Below are positions 11,197 through 21,827 of a stretch of DNA of 64,000 nucleotides, piece by piece. The DNA is from Lepidodermella squamata. Its lineage: Eukaryota; Animalia; Gastrotricha. The stretch covers positions 124,001 through 188,000 of the forward strand of contig JBLDXI010000046.1 in the NCBI GenBank assembly GCA_047495785.1. Reading direction: 5' to 3'. How positions within the stretch are numbered: the first letter of the stretch is position 1; every line of letters starts with the position of its first letter. The position numbers and the translations under genes were made by a program. The notes below the pieces were generated by a model that saw only the letters and a program-made list of their open reading frames with translations, searched no databases and was not told where the DNA came from.

Positions 11197-11730
11197 CTTA
11201 AGCTTGATAAATAAGCACAGGCAGTTTATTATGAATAACGCAGTTTTTAAGAGCAAACATGTTTGTAATGAGTCGCTTGCCATAGTGGCATCTCAGCCAT
11301 ATGCAAAATATTTAGTACCGGCTGCTTGCGACTACTCAACCCGGTAGCGACGAACACAGGCAATAACTCTGATTAATCGAATTGACAATTGATGGGATTC
11401 ATGTCTTCTGATGAATCATCAATAATTTTTGAGGATTATTGATTTTTGAGGATTTTGATTGGATTTTTGGGGCCTCCCTGCCCTAAATTAGTGGGGCCCC
11501 TCATTGTGGTCGCTACCTTGTGAAAAGCTTTGAGGATCTGCTCCCAGATAAACCACACTTTGATACTTTGTGCGCTATTAGAACAGATTTTGCTCAAAAT
11601 TCTGAGATTCATTTTAACTGAAAGTTTTTGGTAAGTGGGTTCAATATAAGCGGTTTCGGGCACAGTTAAATTAGCAAAAATAGTATTGATTTATTGAATC
11701 GTTCTTCAACATTTCATAAAATTGCGTCGA

Positions 11731-13182
11731 TTAATCAGGGTCTGAGGATTGCCTTCTGCGTTTCCTCCTCAAGTAATTTTCGAATAGATCAAGCTTATTG
11801 TCGATCACATTGCTGAATGTTTCCCGAATTACAGATTTGTACTCCGCATTTGGAGCTGGAAACCTCGGCTTATCGCCTTCGAAAAGGCGAAAATGAGCAA
11901 TAACACCCTCCGTATACGGGTCAAGATGCCGGACCATTCCTCCCTCGATCAACTTATGAATAGAGGCGACAATCACGTTGTCAGATCTCAAAATCATTTT
12001 CTCTCGAGAATGAACCATTGCCACAACATCAACAGTGTAATGGTCTCGAATTGTATGCTTAACCGAGTATGGGCCGATTCTGGCGTCCGTTGAATTCGGA
12101 GTCGGCATGTGAGTCATTGTCCAGAACGCTATTCCTCCGATGAAAGGATCCGCCTTAATAGTAGACTCCAGTAAATCTATCAGGCTCACTCCATTGAAAA
12201 CTTGTAAGAATTCATCGGTATCCATCGAAGCAACCCAGGTTGATTTTTCCCTCAAGAAATAGAAGCATTCGGTCATTGCCGATGTTTGAAAGTGGTGTGG
12301 CGTGAATTGGAGATGAAAATCAAATGGGACTAATGAAAGGATTCCCATCTCGAGATAATACGTCAAATATTCGAAAAAAGCATAAAAATCTGGGTCGTTG
12401 ATGTAGATAACAAAATGTTCGATTCCCAGCATAAGATGGTACTCAATCCACTCCGGGACTCGGTCTAAATGATATTTGTTGAGAGAAGTGCAAGCGGAGA
12501 GTTTGACTTTTCGGTTGAGTCTCACAGGCTCAGGGCAAATCTTTGTATTAACAGCCATTGTCCGGGTTATCTTCCTTGTTCTCGCTACGCTGGATGGTCC
12601 AAAAAGCTTCAACACATTCGGCTTTGCTAGAATGTAAATTCTACTCTTAGAAGTGATCTTAAATGATTTAGTATCGACCGGGCAATGAAGAATCACATTG
12701 GTATGGGAGCTCTCGTATTCCGGTGTTGGTGATTTAGAAACGCAGTGAATGAAATGACCGCTATCGATAACAATGCTCCAATCGTACTTGTAAGCCCACA
12801 GTTCGTATCCAATGAGGTTGTAATGCGAAATTCCATCAACGAGCAGTGGCGTGAGCAAGAGTGTGATTTGCACATACTCTGGTGTCAAATAGGCACCAGT
12901 TAGTAACGGATACTTAAGGGAAGCGATTTCTCTCAGCGTTCGAACTGCATAAAATTCAGCCTGTTGAAGGCACGAACATTCAGCCCCGCGAGATAGATTA
13001 AGGCGGTCGTAATTTCGGCCCAAATATGCGCATTTCGATAAAACGGCGTCAGGAATTTCCAGCGTCGGCAAAGGCTCGCTGTAGTATAGGTGTGGGTTGT
13101 ATCGAACAAAATAAAGTATCACCAGTATCAATTGAGGGCATATTTTCGGTAGTAATCTCACATTTAGGATATTGCGCAACAT
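11731..13182 (-). CDS. Glycosyltransferase family 92 (DUF23, GALT-1-like), intronless, copy 1
   Basis: N-terminal signal anchor; EWIEYHLMLGIEHFVIY, Q-x5-C and WVASMDTDEF (DxD) are GT92 hallmarks. Confidence 0.8.
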   Translation of the reverse strand: MLRNILNVRLLPKICPQLILVILYFVRYNPHLYYSEPLPTLEIPDAVLSKCAYLGRNYDRLNLSRGAECSCLQQAEFYAVRTLREIASLKYPLLTGAYLTPEYVQITLLLTPLLVDGISHYNLIGYELWAYKYDWSIVIDSGHFIHCVSKSPTPEYESSHTNVILHCPVDTKSFKITSKSRIYILAKPNVLKLFGPSSVARTRKITRTMAVNTKICPEPVRLNRKVKLSACTSLNKYHLDRVPEWIEYHLMLGIEHFVIYINDPDFYAFFEYLTYYLEMGILSLVPFDFHLQFTPHHFQTSAMTECFYFLREKSTWVASMDTDEFLQVFNGVSLIDLLESTIKADPFIGGIAFWTMTHMPTPNSTDARIGPYSVKHTIRDHYTVDVVAMVHSREKMILRSDNVIVASIHKLIEGGMVRHLDPYTEGVIAHFRLFEGDKPRFPAPNAEYKSVIRETFSNVIDNKLDLFENYLRRKRRRQSSDPD

Positions 13183-13875
13183 TATGCCTAGAAACAGGCA
13201 TTGTTTATGAGTTCTTTTTTAGTCTGAATTCGTGGCTTGGCTCGTATCATTTGTAAAAGCAGGATTGGTGGGTTACATGCGATGACCTTTGGCCGGAAAA
13301 AGTTTCAATGCGCGAGATATAATAATCGTTGTCTGGCGAAAAAGTTTGAAGTCAATTTCATAGACCGCGCGTGCTGATAAACTTTAACCTACCTGAAAGG
13401 CCTTACTTTAAGGATGCTCGAAAAAAATGTGATTAGGAACATCAAAATATCGATGATCAACCTATGAAGTCGGATCAGTGTGCGAAGTAGGATGCTCGAG
13501 TTGAGGGTACTTTCAACCAGTTTTTGGCCCGAAATTTCAGACCAAAGGGTCCCCCCTGTGGTTTTTTTCGGTTTTTCTTGCCAAGATAATTTGATCAATT
13601 GGTATATTTGATCTAACGAGAACGAAAATGCAAGGAAATAAGCACAAGACCATGTCCCATGACGGGATGAAAAGTACCGAAAATCATGAAATAATCCGAA
13701 TAGGATCTTTTGCGATGCTTATTTTCGGCAAATTTTCTGGAAAAATGTTCGAGAAGGTTTTGTCTTTATTGCATCGGTGCCTTTCCCTTTAAATGAGCTC
13801 TAAAAATCGATAATTTGTCTTTTATCACAAGTTTCATCACAAGTCTATGGATTTTTATTTGTCGTTCAAAATAAG

Positions 13876-14963
13876 TCAGTCATCGTTTCTGTTACTCTTG
13901 ATTCGATTCTGATTGACGTAGCCAGCAATAGTCAAATATTGCAGCTGGTCGTGCCTTCTGTACCAGTTCTCGCCATAGTACTTCCGAAATCCCTTATCGT
14001 GCAACTTCGTGATCAATCCATGCCCATATTTCTCCACCCTGTCGAGAATACCTTTGAACGGATAATTGCTCACAACGTGCCATTCCATAACTAGATGGCT
14101 GACCCGTTCCATGACGCCATCATCAAACGCCCTAGTCAAAGATACCCATTCATCTCTCTCAATGTCGACTTTGAGTACGGTGATGTAGGTATGGTTGAAC
14201 TTTCGCATGATTTCAGCCAACGTTTTTGTGTTCTCCTTACGATTCCCCGAAATTTCACCAGTTAAACCGATTTCATAGAATTTAACGCCACTCGGACGAA
14301 CAGGCTCATCGTGAATGCTCATGTCAAAGGTGAAAACCGAACATCCACGCGCTGCCATTTCGTCGTCAAACGAATATTCCCAATGAGATCTAGTGGAAAC
14401 ATAGATAGATCAATATTTCGGCGAGAAGAAATTAATACCCGAATGAATAGACAATGCATGGTTCATGTTCTGGGAAATTGTCCATACAAACTCGGTAGGT
14501 TTTGTGAGCATTCTCTTCATCTTGCCCAAATGGCTGTAGCTTGCTACATTTGACCTCCTCCGGAGCTCCTACTCTTCTAAAACCAAGGGTTTATTTACTC
14601 AAAGGCGATGTTTTCAACAAAAACTCACTTTACTAGGGCGAAAAAGCGCTCGAGGTAGAAAGTTGCATCTGAATGTGGATTAACATTCGTATGAAAGTCG
14701 CATGTGTCGTAACTAAAGAGAAATCGAAATGGTTCGCGAATATTGCGAGGTCAAAGTCTTTACCAATTAGGAGATCTAGTTGGCGCGGGCGTTTGTTGCG
14801 TTTCGATCGCTTTCTCCGGTTCACATTTCGGGCAACTCGAGCTTAAAATGAAGATTTGAGTGATGAAAATGAGGAAGAGAAGGCCACATATCACAATAGT
14901 ATTTATGTGGCTTAACCGTGTCAATGACACAAAAACGGAAGGAACTAAAATGCTACCTGACAT
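13876..14963 (-). CDS. METTL24-like methyltransferase, copy 4, 4 exons
   Basis: TM IVICGLLFLIFITQIFIL, PNCYDTCD, VYSFG, GCSVFTFD, KVDIERDEW. Confidence 0.8.
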
Positions 14964-15374
14964 GCTTGGTCGATTTGAGGTATGATAAGAAAGCTTTGTT
15001 TAGTTTCTTTCATGAGTTGTAGACGCGTCTAACGATCTTGTGGGATTAGCTTCCATTTAAAGGTAAATTATTCTCTGAATAACTTTTGTCTACGAAAATG
15101 CTTCTGTAAATAAATGAAAATTGGCAATATTTGAGCCTGCTTAAATATTGAGAGGGAAAATTTCGAAATTTCGAAAAGCTGAACATTTTAGGGGGGATTT
15201 ATTTATTTCTTATTAATCATATATCAATGGCCCTCCTCGAAGCTAAGGTTAGTTCCCGCGCTTAAACAGCAAACCGATCCTTATAGCCTATTAGCCCAAC
15301 TAATCTTATGCTATCATTATATAGGGTCATTTCTTAAAATGGAATGGGTGATGTAGGATTAACATTTATATCAA

Positions 15375-16465
15375 ATGAAAAAGCAATGGGGCATAGTTTC
15401 ATCCTGGATTTTCACAGGTAAAGACTGTTCACTGACCATTAATTACGAAATAAAGAAAAAATTGTTTTCCAGGTCTAGCAGCTTATTTGCTTTCCCAAAA
15501 TGCAACGGAGAAATTGCTCAAGCCAGGTTTGTAACATTTAATCACCCTGAATCTGTTAAATTCAGCCAAATGTAAATTTAGAAACCGTGGAAGATCCGTT
15601 GAATTTGCCATTTATCATAACTGTAATCTCATCGAGATGCCAATTCGAAAAGCGCCAAGCGATTCGAGAAACATGGGGCGATCGCAGAATGTTAGCTAGA
15701 ATGCTTGGAAATCAAACATACGGGCCTTACTTCATCATCGGACAGCCGGATATTAAGAAATTCAATGATTCAATAGTTGACGAATGTCAAACAAGAATAG
15801 AGAAAGAAGTGACTATCTACGGCGATTTGGTGACTATTTCTGCCCTAGATGTTTACAGCCTGCTAACCCCGAAAGTGTTCGAAACTTTCCTTTGGGCTCG
15901 GCATAAGCTCAGTTTAACCCATTCATCTGGGGATAAACATAGTACTTTCTACTTGGTCAAGACTGATGACGATGCTTACATCAATTTGTTGGCTATAGCT
16001 CGGCAATTCTATCATTCGATGAAGGAACATAGCAAGCGATCCATTTTAGACAAAAACCTCTACTGCGTTGCAAATACTGGAGCTATAGTTGTTCGAGCCA
16101 AAGACTCAAAGTATTATACATCTCGGGAAAGCTACGCCCCCGATTGGTATCCACCGTTTTGCTCCGGGATCGGTTACATTTTCCAAGTTGGCTTGCTAGA
16201 TTTGATGATACCGAAAATCAGGGCGAGAATGGCGAATTATGTACAGAATGAAGATGCGTTCTTCACTGGCATAATAGCTGAGGAGCTGAAGTTGAGGCAC
16301 TTGGATTTCGAGTTCACAGATTCTTGCGGACCGCATGGCTCCGGATGGACGCAGGAGTCGCTTTGCCCAAACGCGAGTCGAAACGCGGTCGTTCACCGTT
16401 TGGAGCCACGCGATATGCGGATGTTGCATAAGTGCCCGGATATGCAACGCTTCTATCGTTATTGA
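15375..16465 (+). CDS. GT31 (Galactosyl_T, beta-1,3-glycosyltransferase) copy 1, 3 exons
   Basis: Two short phase-1 introns give MKKQWGIVSSWIFTGLAAYLL...; RQAIRETWG, KTDDDAY, YPPFCSGIGY, EDAFFTG. Confidence 0.85.
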
Positions 16466-16805
16466 AGAGGCGTCGTGCTATGAAAAACTCTAATAAAAAG
16501 CGATAGATTTCTGAGAAGGAAAAAACAGTTGAATATGGCACCAATTACCGATATTTCAAGGTAAAACGAAGTAAACAGAAACCATCAAACTAATAATTTC
16601 TTTCCGCGAAACATTTTTACTTAAACCATCGGAATGTAATTTGTAAAATAAATGTAATTTTTATTCTATATTCATCAGAAACTCGTATTTAACTTAATTT
16701 AGTATTTAAATACTATTTACTATTTCGATGGTATAGGACATCTTTAAATCACGAAATATAGAATGAGTCACGAGAATGTATCAGTTGAAGTATAAAGTAT
16801 AAAAG

Positions 16806-17330
16806 TCAAGCACGACCACGGCCTCGACCCCGAATGCTATCAGTTGGCTCTTCTTGTAGGATAACAGCTTGGCCGCGTCCACGGGCAGCGCTTCGAGTAA
16901 TCGCATGTAATGGCTCTGCTTCAAGCACAGGCTGAACCTTAGCCGTTTGCCCACGGCCTCGACCACGAATAACTGCTAGCTGCTCTGATTCAAGCACAGG
17001 TTGAACCCTAGGAGCTTGCCCACGCCCACGGCCTCGACCACGGATGATGGCAGGGGGTTACACTTCAATCACAGGTGGAATGATGGTAGCTTGGACTCCT
17101 CCGCGACCAAGCCCACGGGGTCGGCCTCGGCCCCTGCCTCGAACAGCCACAGTTGCGGTAGTTGAATTTAAAATTGCCCGACCGCGTCCATGAACGGCTT
17201 GTCGACTGGAGGAGCCAGATCCAAAGCAAGACCATGCCGGGGAAGGGGGGGGGGGGGAGGGGTCTTCCTCGAGGGTTTCCGCGCAATACGAGCGGGATCG
17301 CGGGATTATTATTCCGTCGATTTTACCTGC
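16806..17330 (-). pseudogene. RG-repeat ORF with one in-frame stop, possibly a transposon-derived fragment
   Basis: One reading frame with repeated RGRGRGQ-x3-VQPVLE-x-E units and an AT-hook-like GRPRG, broken by TAA at 17060-17058 where sibling repeats have Glu. Confidence 0.5.
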
Positions 17331-17702
17331 CTAAACTAACCTGTAAACACTAGCTTGCCGTGACCTCGTTTTATATGAAAACATACCGGACATACCGAGC
17401 TAATAATTTACACACGTGTAGGAGGTTTGTTGATAATCTCCATGATTTTTTTCAAATTTGGCTTTGTAGCTTTCAGCCATACGTAAAAACCTATGAGCCA
17501 TGAAAACCTCAATTTTTGATCATTTTACTCAAAAGTGACGGTAACTATCCATTAGACGCTAAATCTAACTTTGGGCAAACAACTCGGCCTCAAATGTTCG
17601 CTGAGGCTAGCGTTGCTGCTGAGATACCGATCCTTTACATTGTTTTTGAATGAATAACAAGCTGAAAATAACAGAATCCTTACTGTGCTGCAGTCATAAG
17701 TA

Positions 17703-18747
17703 ATGGATGTATTATTGTTATTTATATGGCGATTTCTTTTCTTTTTCCTAAATGCCGGTGAGCTATATATTTCTTTCATTTTTTTTATTTATTTTAAAAA
17801 CACTGAAAACAGCTATTTTCAACTATCTGCTGCTGGAGTATTCGCCATTTGGAGCACTTCAAAAAAGTTAGTCCTCGAAATTCCAAGGGTTATCAATTTG
17901 TTTAAGAAATGTTAAAGTTTCTCTAGTCTGGACTAATGGCGACGTTAATGTACCCCTCATCATCACCGTAATTTCTTCACGAAGCAATTTCGAAAAGAGG
18001 CAAGCTGTGAGGGACACATGGGGCAACCGAACTTATCTCACATCGAACCTCGGCTCTCGAATTCTCGGACCGTTTTTCGTGGTTGGAAAATCGGAGAAAG
18101 ATGACGGTTGCCAAGATCGACTGGACGCTGAAATCGCGGCTCATGGCGATCTAATAGTCGTACCTGCTTTGGATACCTATCGCATGCTTACCCCCAAGGT
18201 ATTAGAAGCCTTCCGCTGGGTACTGAGCTTAGCGAATGCGCGAAAGTACTACCTGGTTAAGACGGATGATGATGCTTATGTCAATTTAGTCGCGATAGCT
18301 CGAACTTACCATCGAGTGATGAAGATTAGAAACCGAAGGCTGGACAAATCATTCTACTGCTACGTAGTTACCGGGGCGCCTGTCATTCGAGCTAAAGATT
18401 CGATTTACTACGTCACACCGGAAAGCTTTATTCCTGATCGGTATCCAGACTTCTGCTCCGGTATTGGGTACATCTTTCAAGTTGGTCTTCTAGACCTAAT
18501 GATGCCGGGAATCATGGCTAGAATGGAGCATTTTGTACCAAATGAAGACGCGTTCTATACCGGGATAGTTGTGCAAGGCCTGAAGGTAAGGCATTATTCG
18601 GTGAAAAATGCCGTCGTCCTTGGTACATCATGGACGGATGAAGGACTATGTGGCGATGCAGCTAGAATGGATCTTGTTCATCGGCTGCAGGCACATGAAA
18701 TGCGCCGATTACATGCGTGCTCACTAGCTATTAGAGCTAAATCTTGA
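17703..18747 (+). CDS. GT31 beta-1,3-glycosyltransferase copy 2, 3 exons
   Basis: MDVLLLFIWRFLFFFLNA signal anchor, same two phase-1 introns; KTDDDAY, FCSGIGY, EDAFYTG. Confidence 0.85.
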
Positions 18748-19310
18748 ATTTTATGAAACTGAGAATTTCTAGAAAAATAAAGTCACTAAAAGCAAGACCA
18801 TTGTAGAGTTCTTCTTCGTTATTGATGTCATTTTCGCACTACATCAGTATCAGCAGTCTAGGAAGCCAAAATCACAAATTTCTTCCCTCGCCAAGATATA
18901 AAATGATGGAATCCAATTGGATTATCACGTAAGGACCATGCTTGATTCGCTATAGAAATGGAAGTCGTAGTTAGATCGCTTGAATTCAGCTCTGGAACCT
19001 CAAGTTTCCCCCTACAGAATTTTGCGGGAATTTTGCAACATATATAAACATGTTTTCTCATTGAATTTTGTTCGCATGCTCAGCATATAAATTTTTTATC
19101 CATATCAGCTGTTAGCTACTATACAACAAACACATGTAGGGATTGACCGCGTATAGTTTTTGCACGCGTGTATTTTGATGCAAGCTTTAAAAGCTTGATG
19201 CTACGCCTAATTACAAACAAAATAAAATAATAAACAGCCGAAAGAAATGCCCAAGCGGCATACAATTTTTCAAGTTGAGAAAGGAAAGGAGACGTCCAGA
19301 CTAATTTTAG

Positions 19311-20389
19311 ATGCTCGCCCTACCAAACTCAACAGGATGGCGTTACTTCTTATTTTTCGCAGGTATGTCACCAGGCAAATTTCTCAATTTTTTCCAGCTT
19401 CATCTAGACTAAATCTATACAGTTTCCTTAGTAAACGTGAAAGTGCCAAAAATCGCCATTATTCGAGTTTTGGATTCAGGTAATACTGAAATACTCAACT
19501 CAATTTTCGCTGAATTACATAATTTTCAGCAATCGGTGTTCGCTACGATGATGATAATATTGGGGAGATGAAATTTATTATCACTGTCATTTCGAGGCTA
19601 TGCAACTTTGACAAGCGACAAGCTATCAGAGAAACATGGGGGAACCAAACAATGCTGAGATCGAAACTTGGCCCTCATATCTTTGGACCTTTCTTCATCA
19701 TTGGAACTTTTGATTCTAATCAAAGTAACGTGTCTAGTAACCGGGACTGCATGGGTCGATTGAATACTGAAATCGAAACACATCAGGACGTTTTTCAAGT
19801 ATCAGCCTTCGAGAAATATCGCCAACTTACGCTGAAAGTTTTCGAATCTTTCAAATGGGTGCGGCACAACCTTAATTTGACGAATCTCGAAAACTTCTAC
19901 CTAGTGAAAACGGACGATGATATTTATGTTGATTTGGTCGCTGTTTCCCGAGCTCACCATCGATCTATGATGCCTCGTAGCGATAAGGTGGATAGATCCT
20001 TCTACTGCTTCGTCCATTCTGGGGCTCCGGTTATTCGCGATCCTACGTCAAAACACTACGTCTCAAGGGAGAATTATGCCCCTGACTGGTATCCGAAATT
20101 TTGCTCAGGAATCTGTTACATCTTCCAAGTCAGGCTTCTCGATCTCATGATACCAGAAATTAATAGGAATATGAACAATTCAGACCCGAATGAAGACGCT
20201 TTCTTTACAGGAATCATCGCGGAGCGCCTCAAGTTGCGACACAGATCGATAAAAAGCGCAGTTCCCTTTGCTTTCCCGACTGAAGAAGATAAAGTATGTC
20301 AAAAGGGCAGGAACAAATTGCTGGCTCACCCCTTGGGACCCCGTGAAATGCTAACACTTCATAAATGTCGCGAAAATAAAACTTTTTAA
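19311..20389 (+). CDS. GT31 beta-1,3-glycosyltransferase copy 3, 3 exons
   Basis: MLALPNSTGWRYFLFFA-VSLVNVKVPK...-AIGVRYDDDNIGEMKF via two phase-1 introns; KTDDDIY, FCSGICY, EDAFFTG. Confidence 0.8.
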
Positions 20390-20391
20390 TT

Positions 20392-21693
20392 TTATTCTGA
20401 AATTAAAGTGACAGGAGTAGATTTCATTTTGAAGTTGTTTAGTCTCTGGCTTAGAATCGGGTCGAATCTCATCGCAAACGTCTCGTCCTTCTCAGCGATA
20501 GGGGTTAATCCTCCGATCGTTAGCCTATCGAAGAAAATCGTCCTGATTTGATTGTAAGGATCCGCATGATTTTCCCCAAGTTTCAGCTCAGTTTGCGTTA
20601 CGTAAGATACATTAGGAGTTCGAACTATTACGTCGCTGATTTGATAGTCAAACGTTGGATGCTTGTTCCTCCAAGTCCAGTTTAAAACTCGGCTGTAACC
20701 GAGAGTCTTCACTAAATCAGGCCTTGCCGTAGTGTTTAAGCTGGAAAATCGCCATGGGTGCACCATTAAGCCACCGATCAGAGGTTGTGTGACCACCTTT
20801 CGAATTGCCTCCACCATATGTTTCCCGTATGGATCCATGAACCGGTCTGTTGAATGGAATGAAACGTAAACAGCTCGCGGTTTGAATCGGTATAAACAAT
20901 CGTTCATCGCACTGCTATCTAGGAAGTATTGATCAACCGCTCGAAAATTCCACGGAATCAAAGTCACAATTTTCTCATCCAAATATGGCTTTAAAAAGGA
21001 CGAAAGCTCTTTAAAGTCTTCATGAGAGACGTAGATAATGAAATGTTCGAAATCCGTCAATCTGTGATATTCAATCCACTCAGGTATTGTAATAAATTTC
21101 CGCCTATCAGTTACGTAGGAGCAACTCGTTAATGAGAAATTACGAGGCGCGGAATTGAGCTCATTTGAATTAAGGCAGACATTTTCGTAAGTTTGTATAA
21201 TCGAATGTTTCGAAATAGCCCGGATGTCTATTTTTTGCCCGGGGTATAAAACGCGGTTTAAATTCTCCGAGATGTCGAATTTCAGTATCAGGGTGTCTAA
21301 ATGGGTATTTGGCAACTTGCCAACCGCCTTGAAATCGAACCGAATTCCATCAACCGAGCCTCGCCATTTCGAATCCGCCCACCACTTTCGGTAATTCCAG
21401 TAGGTGTATTGCCAGTTTGAAAGTTTCTTCGAAGCGAAAATTGCGTATAAAACAGGATGGCCTTTCCTTGTCGAACGGAATACGCTAAGAAGATACGGCG
21501 CGTTGTTATCTCCATTAGGAGGCGGAAGATCGGCAATTGAGTTCCTGCTACAGCTTGTCATGCCAGTTTTTGATTGATTTCGAAATTCCTTCCTCTCCAG
21601 CCATCGTATTATCGGGGCCCATGTTAGATTAGCAGATATCAGTAACAGCACGCCTGCTACAATTCTAGCACTTAGAATTCGTTTTTGATTCAT
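20392..21693 (-). CDS. GT92-like protein, intronless, divergent DxD (copy 2)
   Basis: Signal anchor; IPEWIEYHRLTDFEHFIIY, VTLIPW, MNDCLYR; the DxD position reads HSTDRF. Confidence 0.75.
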   Translation of the reverse strand: MNQKRILSARIVAGVLLLISANLTWAPIIRWLERKEFRNQSKTGMTSCSRNSIADLPPPNGDNNAPYLLSVFRSTRKGHPVLYAIFASKKLSNWQYTYWNYRKWWADSKWRGSVDGIRFDFKAVGKLPNTHLDTLILKFDISENLNRVLYPGQKIDIRAISKHSIIQTYENVCLNSNELNSAPRNFSLTSCSYVTDRRKFITIPEWIEYHRLTDFEHFIIYVSHEDFKELSSFLKPYLDEKIVTLIPWNFRAVDQYFLDSSAMNDCLYRFKPRAVYVSFHSTDRFMDPYGKHMVEAIRKVVTQPLIGGLMVHPWRFSSLNTTARPDLVKTLGYSRVLNWTWRNKHPTFDYQISDVIVRTPNVSYVTQTELKLGENHADPYNQIRTIFFDRLTIGGLTPIAEKDETFAMRFDPILSQRLNNFKMKSTPVTLISE

Positions 21694-21827
21694 TTTACCT
21701 TCAAAAGCCTAAGTTGATTCCTGCTTCAAGTTACCAAGCCTCCAATTAAAGATTTCTGATTTTGAGAGATGAAGCCAATCCCACAAGGTATGTAGTCTTG
21801 AAATGAGATGTAAAAGTGTCGCTGGAA

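Noticed and set aside
18858-19061. Minus-strand ORF containing IGFHHFI, reminiscent of GT92 IGFEHF
   Set aside because: The match is too short and the flanking GT92 motifs are absent.
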